From Octopus bimaculoides (taxonomy: Eukaryota), in the NCBI RefSeq assembly GCF_001194135.2, contig NC_068990.1, positions 43,700,388-43,756,785 on the forward strand: a DNA stretch of 56,398 bases, in the 5' to 3' direction. The notes beneath the pieces are model-generated. The model did not search any database. It was not told the DNA's origin and was given only the letters and a program-made list of their open reading frames with translations. A program made the translations under genes and the position numbers. The first letter of the stretch is position 1. Every line of letters begins with the position of its first letter. Shown here piece after piece: positions 11,030 to 23,079 of the stretch.

Positions 11030-11980
11030 GTATTAAAGTAATTTATCTTGACTCAGAATGAATTTTATTCATTGAAATAATACGTATTAGAATCATCACA
11101 TTTTTGCCAGCTAGAAAAAAAAGTTTTAGTTTCTGCAAAATCATTTACAAAACGTGCATTGTCATGAAAAAGAATTTATCCTTTTAGAGTGACCAATACT
11201 AGATGCAATCAAGGCAGTTCTTGGTACATTTTGTCAATTTCTTGTCAGTATTTATCTACTGTAATGATTTCACTAAGATTCTAGAAATAGTAGAGAAGGA
11301 TTCTATTCGCTCACCTCCAAATACTGATTACAACTTCCTTTTGATCCAACTTCAATTTAGGGAAGTGGTTTGGTGTTTCATTTCTGTCCATTCACTGCAC
11401 AGAAAGCAATCAGTTATCATATAGAATCCATTTTTCATCAACTGTTACAATGTGATTATGAAATGTTTTGTTTTGTTTTGTTTTGCACAGAAAAATGCAG
11501 GGTAAACATTGTAAAGATTTCTAAAACATTTTGCTCAGCTCGTGCAATACTCATTAAGATTTCTTGGTTTTTCTATGTGGTACAAATGTCAAACAACCTC
11601 TTGAATGGTAGTTGTTTAGTTCTTCTGTAACCTCTTGAGTTGTTTTGGGTGTTTCAATAATGGCCCTTTCTTGGTAGTTTTCAATCACATAAGATTGTCT
11701 ATAACCTCCCATATCTTCAAGGCTCTCATCTCCACTATAACATTTTTGCAACTCAATACTGACCAAATGCTTGGTTGGTTATCGTGACCAGTTTTCTCTG
11801 CTTTGTATTTCATTTTGAACACCTACCATAAAATGGCTTGAATTAGCATTTTTTCCTCACATTTTTAATTTCACTGCATAAAGTAAACTAGAATAAACAG
11901 CATAAGCAAAACTATTAGCATAAATAAATAGACCAAAATTTGTGCTTCAAAGTGGCATGTTATGCAAATATACTTATTTG
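11030..11980 (-). mobile_element. Mariner (Hsmar1/SETMAR-like) transposon relic
   Basis: SGDESLED..., TTQEVTEELN, DRNETPNHFPKLKLDQKEVVISIW and SWQKCDDSNTYYF match mariner transposase segments; interrupted by stops and frameshifts. Confidence 0.8.
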
Positions 11981-12142
11981 ATTGAAAGCATAAAAGAAAC
12001 ATGGGCAAAAACTAGATACACCCAAGTTGGCAAAAACGAGACACACCCAATTTCAGCAGTGCATATTCTGGGAAAGAAATAAATTTAGTGTATTAATGCA
12101 TGTAACAAAATTAGTTTATGGGAGGCTCGCCTTTATATATAG

Positions 12143-12206
12143 GATCCAGGGAGATTATTTGCAACAGTTTTTGGTGGGGAAAATGTCTTATATGCCATTA
12201 AATACA
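12143..12206 (+). CDS. Weak candidate exon (DPGRLFATVFGGENVLYAIKY)
   Basis: tatag|G acceptor and weak gtactt donor; phase 0 to 1 bridges 4674-4721 and 12724. Confidence 0.2.
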
Positions 12207-12723
12207 GTACTTGAATTAAAGTTTATTCTAAAATAAGCATCAAAATTTAAAATAACAAAAAATAAAAACTAATTAGTTCTGCCCAAAAAATAAAAACTAA
12301 TTAGTTCTGCCCAAACACAAAATAATCTTCAATATCCATCTGCCTAAATTTTTGACTGAAATTATTTTATAATTATATTTATGTAATCTTATGAAGGGGC
12401 TTTCTTAGACAGGAAGCCTTCCAAACAAGAAGTATATACATGAATGAATGACTACATCTTATAAGCCCTGATATTTGATGTGAGAAAACATTACTGAATT
12501 ATATCTATTACTGCAACAGTTTAATTGTATAAGCCACCACTTGCTTGCTTCTGTTTTATAAAGCAATATTGTTTCTTTAGCTTTAAAATGTTAGTCTTAT
12601 TACCTAAAAAATAAAAGTATTCATTCTTTACCATTTGCTCCTGAAAATCATTCAACACTTACTGAATGATACAACTACAAGGCAGCTTTTGACTAAATTT
12701 ATGAGATAAGTTTTGTGTTGCAG

Positions 12724-12800
12724 CACTGACAAGAATAAGAGAAGAGAATTTCATCATGTCACTCAAGATTCCTTTTATGAAAAGTTTCACTGAAAGATGA
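12724..12800 (+). CDS. Candidate terminal exon (LTRIREENFIMSLKIPFMKSFTER* or TDKNKRREFHHVTQDSFYEKFH*)
   Basis: Acceptor gttttgtgttgcag|C; two protein-like frames, both ending in TGA; the frame is unresolved. Confidence 0.35.
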
Positions 12801-12921
12801 AAATGTCTATAAACGACATGGGGGAGATTTTTTTTTTCCTTGTGTCAGATTTTTCATCTTGTAATTTACAACTTATGTAATTTGCATATTTTTATATAAT
12901 TTAGTCTACTAAGTATATTAC

Positions 12922-12956
<35 letters not shown>

Positions 12957-13039
12957 AACAAACAAGCTGTAAGATGTCCTTGTAATGTCCCCTTCATTTG
13001 ACACCTTTGTGTCAAATAAAAGAGGTTATCAAAATAACA

Positions 13040-13815
13040 GAATTATTACCTTGCCAGACAAAACTGCTTGGCAGCATTTCTCCTGGCTCTGTTTGTTCTA
13101 AGTTCAAATTCCACTGGGATCAATTTTACCATTCATCTTTTTGAAGTTAACAAAATAAGCCCCAGTTGAACACTGATGTAATCAACTTCCTTCTCCCCTA
13201 TAATTGCTATCCTTGTGCCACAATGTGAAACCAAGCTGGCAGAATCGTTAGCACACTGGACAAAATGCTTAGCAGTAATTTTAAGTACCAGTTTAGTGCT
13301 GGGGTTGATGTAATTGACTCAAAAGATTTCAAGCCTTGTGCCTATTGTAGAAAGAATTATTATTTCATAAGGCAGTGAGCTGGCAGAATCATTAGCATGT
13401 TGGGCAGAATGCTTAGTGGCATTTTATCCATCTTTACATTCTGAGTTCAGATTCTGCCAGGCTTGACTTTTCCTTTCATCCTTTCAGGGTCAATAAAATA
13501 AGTACCAGTTGAGCACTGGGGTCAACGTAATCCAGTCCCCTCCTCCAAAATTCCAGGCCTTGTGCCTATAGTATTATCATTATTTTATAAGGTGGTGAGC
13601 TGGCAAAGTGGTTGCCACACCGGACAAAATGCTTAGCAACATTTTGTCTGTCTTTACATGCTCAGTTCAAATTCTGACAAGGTCAGCTTTGCCTTTCATC
13701 CTTTTGGAGTCAATAAAATAAGTACCAGTTGATTACTGGAGTCAATGTAATTGACTATATCCCTCCCCCAAAATTTCAGGCCTTGGGCCTTTAGTCGAAA
13801 GGATTATTATTATCA
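13040..13815 (+). mobile_element. Head-to-tail cluster of four SINE family A copies
   Basis: Repeated gagctggcagaa...gcttag...gagttcaaattc...ctttgcctttcatcc...aagtaccagtt...ggccttgtgcc...(att)n units. Confidence 0.9.
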
Positions 13816-14134
13816 TTTCAATTTTGTTAAAAAGTAGTTGAATGTAGCAAGAATGGTCCAAGTGAATGGGCCTACTCTAAGCATGTGCCTATAGATCAAA
13901 AGAAAACTGTGTGAAGAGGACACTCACTTTAGTGGGTAGGGAAACCATTGTTTTGTGGAGTTTCCACAAGCAGCCCTAGGAAGTCTCCCTCTTTTGGGAA
14001 ATTATTCATCGTTAGAACTTATATTGTCACCATTTTCCTACTTCTTAAAACGTTCTTTATGTAACACCTTACTGAATTGCTCTATACTGTCCCCAACATT
14101 TTTTTAAAACTCTTAATGGTAAATTATCAATATT

Positions 14135-14355
14135 AAGGCAACGAGCTGGCAGAATTGTTAACACGCTGGATGAAATGCATAGCAGTATTTCACCTGTCAC
14201 TTCAATCTGAATTCAAATTCCACCAAAGTCGACTTTGCTTTTCATCCTTTTGGGGTCGATAAAATAAGTACCTATTGAACACTGGGGTCGGTGTAATTGG
14301 CTCATCCCCACCTCCCCCATGCTGTCCTTGTGGCAAAAATTTAAAATAATTATTA
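14135..14355 (+). mobile_element. SINE family A
   Basis: aaggcaacgagctggcagaattgttaacacg...ggggtcgataaaataagtacc, with an (att)n tail. Confidence 0.85.
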
Positions 14356-14384
14356 TTTTCATATACACTCAACAGACTAGACTT

Positions 14385-14571
14385 TTGGAAAAGAAAAGAT
14401 CCTGACATTGGGCTACAAAAAGTAGCCTTAGATGCCAAGAACCCTCCTAAGTATACTAGCTGTCCCTAATAACACTGTTTTCTGGAGCTGTACTAAACTG
14501 GGTTTTATGCCTATTTCCTCTAACCATCTGTTCAGATCTTTAGGAATTGTTCCCAATGCACCTACAACTAC
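14385..14571 (-). mobile_element. R4/Dong-like retrotransposon 3' fragment
   Basis: VVVGALGTIPKDLNRWLEEIGIKPSLVQLQKTVLLGTASILRRVLGI* is the typical C-terminus after the REL endonuclease. Confidence 0.75.
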
Positions 14572-16510
14572 ATTATTATTATTATTTTATTTTTGACTTA
14601 TTCTTTGCATTTGTACATTTTGGCTCCAAGTCTCACCCAGAGACCTCAAGAGACAAGCTAGAAGTTCATGTTGGTGTTATGTCTAAGGTGCCATATATTT
14701 GGTTTTGTACATAGTGCTGTTCTAGAGAATGTTTAAGAAATCATAAGAAAATTGTGTTTGTTTTAATATTTGAGATTACATAGAAAGTGCATAGGATATG
14801 GACAGTTCCCATGAGCACTATCTTTTGAATTTCTGCCATTTTGGGATTTTCTGGTATCTGAGCTAGGTAGCAATCAGCCCCTTTTGCTATCATTCCCAGG
14901 GCACCTATAACAACAGGTATTGTTTTAGTCTTCAGGTTCCACATTTTGCTAATTTCTATTTCAAGTTCTTTATATTTGCTCAGTCTTTGGTAGATCTTGA
15001 CAGATATGTTTATATCGATTGGAACAGTCATATCAATGAGGAGGCATGATTTCTGTCTGAAGTCTTTCAATATGATGTCTGGCCTATTTGCATCGATCTT
15101 TCTGTCATTTTGAATGGTGAAGTTCCAGAGGAGTGAGATGTGATCATTTTCAAGCACTGGAGGTGGTATATTGTGAAGCTCTATCATACCTGTTGAGATA
15201 CTCTGTAGGTGCAAGAAGACTGCACATGGAGACAACATGATCAATGGTTTCATTTTGTTGTTGACATACACAACATGTTGGGAAGCTGCCATTCTTTAAT
15301 ATGTTGGCCTTGTAGTTCCTTGTCGGTAGGCATTGCTCTTGGGCTGCTATGATAAACCCTTCTGTTTCAGATTTTAAGCCAAAGCCATTAGCCATTGATG
15401 GGTAAGAGCTTTGTCTACATCGGCATTATTCGCTCTCTTTGGGTATTTGCCATTAAGAGGGTTTTCTTGCCATTTATCAGTCAGAATATCTAAGGCAGCA
15501 GTTTTAGCACGGGTTTTCATGTGCTTAGCTTTTTCTGCGCTTGTTTCTAGTGTCTAAATCTGGAATTTGTTGTATTTGGAATTCACTTAGATCTTCCTTT
15601 ACCTGTTTTGTTACTGAGTATGATGCTTTCTTGTTTTCATGTTTTGAGACAAGTTTTAACATCCAGTCCTCAGATTTTTTCTGGTAGGTGTCTAGGCCAG
15701 TTGTGGCAATCTTCATTGTTAATGCCAGTTGTAAAAGTTCATAGCCTCCCTCTTTTCTTGGCAGATAAAGTCATTCTATAGCTGCCTTAGGGTAGTGCAT
15801 TCTATGCATTGTCAACAGTTTTCGTATTTTTCTGTCAAGATTACATATTTCAGTAATTGACCAGTTAATGATATTGAAACTAAGTCACGACTGGTATGGC
15901 TAAAGCATTGATCTCTTCGATCCTGCGTCTTGCATTCAGCTCTGTCTTCAGTATTGCCCTCATCCTGCAATACCATTCTCTTCTGATCCTTTCCGTCATC
16001 ACTGAATGCTTGATTCCGTCCCCTTCAATTACCCCTAGGTATTTGTAGCTCTCTGCTGGTTCTAACTCTTTTATGACATTCTGTTAGTCAAGGTTAACGT
16101 TAGATGTTTCTGCCAATTTTACTTTGATAAAGGTAGCTTTTGCACATTTATCAAGGCCAGATTGCATCCTGGTGTCATCACTGAATTGTTTAACAATCAC
16201 TAATAAGCCCTTGAGTGGTCTTTTGCATGTAAATGAGATGATTTATATTTTTATCAAATATTTTATAACCATACTGTGCATCATTGAGCAATTTTAAGAG
16301 AAGTATTAAGGCTAAACAAGAGGAGTGGTGATAGTGAATCACCCTGGAAAATGCCACATGAAATTCTTACATCTCCAGCATTTAGAGATTCATTGTCACT
16401 GTTCAAAGTTAGTGTGGTTTTCCATGATCTCATACTTAGAGACAAAAGTAGGCATTATTTTATACATTTCCAAACAGTTCTTAATTCAGCTATGTGGTAG
16501 GCTATCAGTG
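14572..16510 (-). mobile_element. R4/Dong-like non-LTR retrotransposon (RT, CCHC motif and REL endonuclease), 5'-truncated and inactivated
   Basis: RT motifs GIFQGDSLSP and FSDD...GLDKC; CxxC...H...C zinc motif; NRPDI...LID...KY.EL endonuclease; (TAA)n tail at 14572-14585. Confidence 0.9.
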
Positions 16511-16586
16511 TTGATTTCGCATGTGTGTTTCACATATGTTTCACTGAGACGTCATGTGTAGGAGAAACTGTGCTTTGTATGGCAGT

Positions 16587-16588
<2 letters not shown>

Positions 16589-16628
<40 letters not shown>

Positions 16629-16812
16629 CATTATTATTTTCATTAAAAGGCTGCTTCCTTCAAGTCTTCCACAGGTTCCTTTATCTAATTCCATCAATGT
16701 TTTGGGATTAGATTTGTTCTTGAATGGGGAGCCCGGTGTAGCACATCCATGTTATTCAGCACGGGGCTATCTCTTACTATTATTATTATTGCTACTACTA
16801 CTACTACTACTA
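16589..16812. repeat. Poly(T)40 run and (TAT)n/(CTA)n microsatellite flanking a ~140-bp unique segment
   Basis: Read directly from the sequence. Confidence 0.8.
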
Positions 16813-17189
16813 CTGGGCTCTTCCATTGGCTGAATCATTATTTCGTTGTACAAAATATCTTTGAGTATTTCATTGTGCAATTTACATTCTGAGTTCAAAT
16901 CCTATCAAAGTCAGCTTTATCTTTCATTCCCTTGTGTTGAATGTGACAAGAATGGTCCAAGTGAATGGTCTAAGCATGCACCTGTAGATTGAAGGAAGAC
17001 TATGGCCTTGTACTTAAGTTTGAAATCATTGTTATTTGTCAGATTTTATAGTTCACATTAAACTATGGTACAAATGATAAAACTCGACAATTAAAAGACA
17101 GAGAAAATTATATATACAGGTTCAAACTTATGCGTAGTAGCAGGGAAACATATTTTGGCATTTTCTACATAATTTACGTTCATGATCCA

Positions 17190-17420
17190 CTGAAGTTGAA
17201 ATATTGGTTTCAAATTTTGGCATATGGCCAGCAATTTCAGGGGAGGGGCTAAATCAATTACACCAACTCCAGTGTTCAATTGGTACTTCTTTTATCGACC
17301 CCAAAAGGATGAAAAGCAAAGTTGATTATGGTGGAATTTGAACTCAGAACCTGAAGACAGACAAAATACCACCAAGCATTCAACTTGGCGTGCTAACAAT
17401 TCTGCCAGCTCCACTGCCTT
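17190..17420 (-). mobile_element. SINE family A
   Basis: Reverse complement of the family A consensus (ttctgccagctc...cc). Confidence 0.85.
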
Positions 17421-17829
17421 ACTAAAGTTGAGATATTAACATTTATCTTTCTCTGCTTATCACCAATGTTTGTATATATATGTGTGTATGTATTACTCAT
17501 GTCTATTTTTAATTTCCTATTGTTGATCATAACAGTAGGAACAGAGACAGTAGCACCACATTAAATAGCAGTGGTTCTCAATCTTAATCACATGCTTTAA
17601 TGAAAAGTTTAGATAAAAAAAATATATATATATTTTAAAGTTAAAAATATAGTAAACTATTATTTAACTTGTTTCCTATCCTTTCTCCTTCCCTTGCCAT
17701 ACTGATATTTACCATTGACTACAGCACTGGCCTTATTGAATGACTAGTATTATTTTAATCATTTCAAACAATTCTGAACATGCTTCAATCTTGTTAGATC
17801 TCTTCAGTGAAGCAGAGATAATAACTATA

Positions 17830-18217
17830 CTCTTTTACTTGTTTCAGTCATTTGACTGTGGCCATGCTGGAGCACCGCTTTTAGTCGAGCAAATCGACCC
17901 CAGGACTTATTCTTTGGATGCCTAGTACTTATTCTATCGGTCTCTTTTGCCGAACTGCTAAGTTACGGGGACGTAAACACACCAACATCGGTTGTCAAGC
18001 GATGTTGCGGGGACAAACACAGACACACACATACATATAAATATATATATATACGACGGGCTTCTTTCAGTTTCCATCTACCAAATAACTGACAAGGCAT
18101 TAGTCGGCCTGAGGCTATAGTAGAAGACACTTACCCAAGGTGCCACGCAGTGGGAATGAACCCGGAACCATGTGGTTGGTAAGCAAGCTACTTACCACAC
18201 AGCCACTCCTGCGCCTA
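17830..18217 (-). mobile_element. SINE family B, near full length
   Basis: ctcttttacttgtttcagtcatttgactg...ccacacagccactcctgcgcc; highly similar to 45360-45785. Confidence 0.9.
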
Positions 18218-18673
18218 TACACTATATTTAAAAAATTTAATTGGCAGTCATTAGAACATTGGGTAGAGTGCATTGTAGTAGTATCTGTTCTGACTCTCTA
18301 CACCCTTGAGTTTAAATGTTGCCAAGGTCAACCCTGCCTTTCATCCTTTCAGGGCCAATAAAAGAAAGAGTACCAATCCAGGGAGGTAGATTGGCTGAAT
18401 TGTACAAAAATTAGACTGGATACCTTTACATATTTGTTGTGGCTCTTTGCCTTCTGATTTCAAACCACTTTAGTAATATATGTGTTTTGTGTGTATGTAG
18501 GTGTGTGAAGAAGTGAAGGAAGGTATTCAAACTTAAGATTAGTTCAAATATGCTTGAGAGGTATTTGAACCTATAAAGGCTTTTCACTGCAGTTTGTCAT
18601 AAAAAAAATTTTCTCACTCAAAACAAAAAAGGTGTTTAAATGCCATAGTCAACTCACAGTACTCTCTGTTGGA

Positions 18674-18716
18674 CTGATAGATGCATTTTGAAATTGCTCG
18701 TTCTCTTCAGCACCAG
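18674..18716 (-). ncRNA. Type I hammerhead ribozyme relic (single core change G12A)
   Basis: Minus strand CTGGTG-CTGAAGA-GAA(cgagcaat)TTC-AAAA-TGCA-T-C-TATCAG: 6-bp stem I with two G.U pairs, 3-bp stem II, palindromic stem III AUGCAU, AUC triplet. Confidence 0.7.
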
Positions 18717-19229
18717 GTGCCAAGAAAGACAACTTGCAGCTGATTATTTATACACACACACATACATATTATGTCACATTATTTGGTTTGGTTCTTAATG
18801 ATCATGGTTATCAAATTCATAGTCTCTGATGTGATTGATTTTGTCTACCAGTGATTTAGTATCTATCTAGTGATTTAGTGTATAAAATAGTGAAAACTAT
18901 GTGATATCACTTCATATGTAATATATATAGTGTGCTAATGAATTAACATGCTATTGAACTATTGACTATCTATTCATCTTTATTTATTTTATATATGACA
19001 CCAGAATTAACTATTTCAATGAATTCTGAAATTTTTTTAAAAACTCACTTTTATTTATGGTACTCTTTCTTTTATTGGCCCTGAAAGTGTATAAATTTTT
19101 AATTTTGTTTATNNNNNNNNNNTTTTTTTTTTTTTTTTCATAATTTTATTTTCATTCTTGTTGGATCCCACTTATCTGTCCTTGGCAGCTTTTTCTCAAT
19201 TTGGCTGCAATCGTTTTCTCTATCTTCAT

Positions 19230-19451
19230 CCCGCAGGATGGAGCAACAGTTTAACTGAATTTACACAACACTTTCAGTTAGCAGTGCAGGTGATAACTCC
19301 TGAAATGCTTCAAAATGTGTTTCACAACGCTAAAGAAGACATTTAAATCTTTTTGTTTGATATCATAATTAATGAACATAAAATTGTCAGTTTTTTTTGT
19401 TTTTTTTAAATTTACCAGATTTCATTAAAATAGTTAATTCTGGACACCCTC

Positions 19452-19455
<4 letters not shown>
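19230..19455 (+). mobile_element. Tc1/mariner 3' fragment
   Basis: LAVQVITPEMLQNVFHN transposase tail and TIR-like tctggacaccctctg, followed by (TG)/(TA). Confidence 0.55.
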
Positions 19456-19486
<31 letters not shown>

Positions 19487-20284
19487 NNNNNNNNNNNNNN
19501 NNNNNNNNNNNNNNNNNNNNNNNNNNNNNNNNNNNNNNNNNNNNNNNNNNNNNNNNNNNNNNNNNNNNNNNNNNNNNNNNNNNNNNNNNNNNNNNNNNNN
19601 NNNNNNNNNNNNNNNNNNNNNNNNNNNNNNNNNNNNNNNNNNNNNNNNNNNNNNNNNNNNNNNNNNNNNNNNNNNNNNNNNNNNNNNNNNNNNNNNNNNN
19701 NNNNNNNNNNNNNNNNNNNNNNNNNNNNNNNNNNNNNNNNNNNNNNNNNNNNNNNNNNNNNNNNNNNNNNNNNNNNNNNNNNNNNNNNNNNNNNNNNNNN
19801 NNNNNNNNNNNNNNNNNNNNNNNNNNNNNNNNNNNNNNNNNNNNNNNNNNNNNNNNNNNNNNNNNNNNNNNNNNNNNNNNNNNNNNNNNNNNNNNNNNNN
19901 NNNNNNNNNNNNNNNNNNNNNNNNNNNNNNNNNNNNNNNNNNNNNNNNNNNNNNNNNNNNNNNNNNNNNNNNNNNNNNNNNNNNNNNNNNNNNNNNNNNN
20001 NNNNNNNNNNNNNNNNNNNNNNNNNNNNNNNNNTTTTTTTTTTTTTTTATGACATGGAGTAATAAAATTAAAAAGAAGAAAAAAAAAGAAAAAGTGACCA
20101 CCACCCAATGTTAAATTTTTTTGGGTCCCTCTTTTAAACACTGGTCAACACATTGAGGATTATTTCAATACCAAGGAAAGAGAATATGTTGAAAATCTCT
20201 TTTTTTTTCTCCTCATTACAATTTTTTTTCTTTAAATTTGATTTTTGTGAAATAATTGAGTTGTTTTTATTGTTGTTTGGCCCC

Positions 20285-20520
20285 AATTTATCCTTGGTCA
20301 AGCAGACCTATCATCATAAGCATTCCAGCCATGACTAACACCACTTGTTTTTTTGTTTTTTTTTCAGGCACAGTGTGTCTTTGACAACATTATCTAACAT
20401 GTCCTTTCATTGATAGTAAAATGTGTCTTTATCAACACAATCCAATGTTATTGAAGGCATTATTTGAGGGAGATTTAGCTACTATTTCTAGTACATTGAG
20501 CTGCTTTATTGACTTGAAAT
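20285..20520 (+). mobile_element. Unclassified dispersed repeat (family E)
   Basis: tttgagggagattt...ctatttctag motif shared with 22030-22200 and 28690-28890. Confidence 0.55.
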
Positions 20521-21029
20521 GGTTAAATGAATTTGATATCTGACTTCACTGTCTCTCTAACATAGTATCACTGGAGCTACTGCACGTGTTTCTTAAGTAT
20601 GACATTTCATCCTCTCGTCCCAGTTTAACTCGATTGGAAAATAGATTGTGTTCCAGTGGGAATTTAGCTCAAGAGACAGATTAATTTTTTTAGTATAAGG
20701 TTGATTTATGTCATATCCATGTACACTACACAAACACTAGAATTTACTTCATTGTGTTGTGTGGAAGTGGGTGAGTGTGAGGGTTTACCTCAACACGTTA
20801 TTTTATTATTTCACTCAGAGAGATGGAGTGACTGAATGAGGAAAAATACTTTATGGTGTTACTCTTGAACATTTTGGTTTCAAATTCCACTGAAGCAACT
20901 TGGCTTTCATCTTTCCAGGGTCAAGAAACTATAGTACCCATCAAGTATTAGGACCAATACAATCAGATGTTTCCTCTCTCAAATTTCTGGCCAATATAAG
21001 AAATTATATTAAGGTAATAGTAACAAATT

Positions 21030-21640
21030 GAAAGCATGTGGACTAGTGTTTGGGGTGTTGCATTCATAATCATAAAATCATGGGTTCAATTCCTGGACGA
21101 GATTGTCCATTGTATTCTTGAGCAAAACACTTCATTTCACATCATTCCAGTCTACTCAGCTGTAAATGGATTCCAGTGCAGGTGTGTGGCTTAGTGGTTA
21201 GAGTATTAAGCTCACAGTTGAGAGTTTGATTCTTGATGGTGTGTTGTATCCTTGAACAAGATACTTTTATTTCATGTTGCTCCAGTCCATTCAGCTGGCA
21301 AAAATGAGTTGTACCTAAGGGCCAGCCTTGTCACATTCTGTGTCATGTTCAGTCTCCCTGAGAACTACATTAAGGGCATGTGTGTCAGTGGAGTGCTCAA
21401 CCACTTGCACATTAATTTCACAAGCAGGCTGTTCTGTTGAATGGATCAACTGGAACGCTCATCATTATAACTAGCAGAATACCAGTGCCAGTTTTAAATG
21501 GATTCCAGCAATAGCTTGCAAGTTAACCCTGTGATGGACTGGCATCCCATTCAGTAGAGAGTTTGGTAATTTCAATCATTCATGTGCCATGAAAACCTGG
21601 TTGAGCTCCAGCCTTATTTGTCCTTGGGTTCATGACAGAT
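21030..21640 (+). mobile_element. tRNA-derived SINE (V/Meta-like 3' domain) with a nested family F SINE at 21177-21494
   Basis: Host halves 21030-21176 and 21495-21640 (aaccctgtgatggactggcatccc); exact 14-bp TSD taaatggattccag. Confidence 0.8.
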
Positions 21641-22218
21641 TTAAGAGCAATGAATTGACAGAATTGTGAGAAGGTTGGACAAAATACTTAGCAGTATTTA
21701 GTTACTTTTTTTAGGTTCTGAGGCCAACAGTGCTTTTCAGGGTTAATTTATTCTGTCTAGATCTGAGGCCTGTTTAATCAACCTCTACCATCTCCCACAA
21801 AAAAATGTGCAACTTTGTTGCTTGTGTCAGAAATGAAAATTGTTATTAATGTAATGAGATGGATGAGATTATAGAGTGCCCCATTGAAGGACTTGAAGCC
21901 TTTCGCCATTTTGTTTTGGATTCAAATCACACTGACTAAACTTTACCTCTCAAATTTGGTTAAAATATGTACCAGTAATTTAATAGGGTCAGTTCCGGTG
22001 GCTATACTTCTGATAAATGTTAGCATATCATCACTGGACATTGTTGTTGATTAGCCTGAGCTCAGACCTAGGAAAGGTGGCCTGCACCCCCCCCCCAGGT
22101 ATAATGTATTTGGGACTACATTATCCAATGTCCCCTTAAGTTTATAGGGTGTGGTTTGAGGGAGATTTGAATGCTATTTCCAGTAGATTGTAGGACTTGT
22201 CATAATAATTGCTTTTGG

Positions 22219-22431
22219 TAAGGTGGCGAGCTGGCAGAAACATTAGTGCGCCGGGTGAAATGCTTAGCGGTATTTCATGTCTTTACATTCTGAGTTCAAT
22301 TTCTGCCAAGGTCGGCTTTGCCTTTCATCCTTTTGAGGTCAATAAATTAAGTACTAGTTGCATAATGGGGTCAATCTAATCAACTGGTCCCCTCCCCAAA
22401 ACTTTCAGGCCTTGTGCCCAGAGTAGAAAAG
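22219..22431 (+). mobile_element. SINE family A with target-site duplication
   Basis: Full consensus; flanked by aataattgcttttgg on both sides. Confidence 0.9.
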
Positions 22432-22685
22432 AATAATTGCTTTTGGATTCACACTTGCTTCATTTGTTGATAGCCTCATTGTTGTTATCATTTTAACATC
22501 CACTTTTCCATGCTTTTATGAGTTGGAGGATATTTTATAATTTGTTTCGGATTTTCATATCTTTAAACAATGCTCTTCTTACAAAAAAAAAAAATGAAAA
22601 TTGTGAAAATACAGAACCCACTGTTTTTAATCATTTATGAATAGAGAGAAGTTACCTTTGGAGAGGACACTACTTCTGTTTATAG

Positions 22686-22733
22686 ATTAAAAAATTCAGC
22701 TTGGGAGAAGCTGCTGATTTTAACTATATATGG
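22686..22733 (+). CDS. Candidate exon (IKKFSLGEAADFNYIW or LKNSAWEKLLILTIYG)
   Basis: Acceptor cttctgtttatag|A and donor TGG|gtaata; 48 nt; two open frames. Confidence 0.4.
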
Positions 22734-22956
22734 GTAATAAAAAAAATCAGTTAAGATGCCTCTAGTTTTTGACCCAGTATTGTTATAAAATAACAAGCTG
22801 TTACAATTCACCTAACACTGTGAAATCATACATAACTGATTATAGTATGTTTCCATAACATACAGTGGTGTAGGCAAGGGTGGTGAGAATCTTTACGCCA
22901 TAGGCCTTCTCACACCTAGTGAAAAATAGCTGGACTATGTTTCTGCTTTCATACAG

Positions 22957-23000
22957 TTTCAAGTGTTGGCAGAAATGGTTACAAAAAGAAATAGAGACCT
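22957..23000 (+). CDS. Candidate exon (FQVLAEMVTKRNRD)
   Basis: Acceptor tgtttctgctttcatacag|T; weak donor gtaatt; the phase fits the previous candidate. Confidence 0.35.
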
Positions 23001-23079
23001 GTAATTTACAAAATCAAAATCCATGTTTCCTTTCTTTAAAATTGGTTCCATGATAAAGTGCAGTTATAACTATAGTGAA

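Noticed and set aside
11315-11395. Minus-strand pseudo-exon MDRNETPNHFPKLKLDQKEVVISIW with an AG|gtgagc donor
   Set aside because: It is part of the mariner transposase relic.
16670-16833. ORF ending in poly-Leu, resembling a GPI-anchor signal
   Set aside because: The hydrophobic run is encoded by (TAT)n/(CTA)n microsatellite.
19237-19289. 53-nt candidate exon GWSNSLTEFTQHFQLAVQ
   Set aside because: It continues in frame into a Tc1-like transposase tail and TIR.
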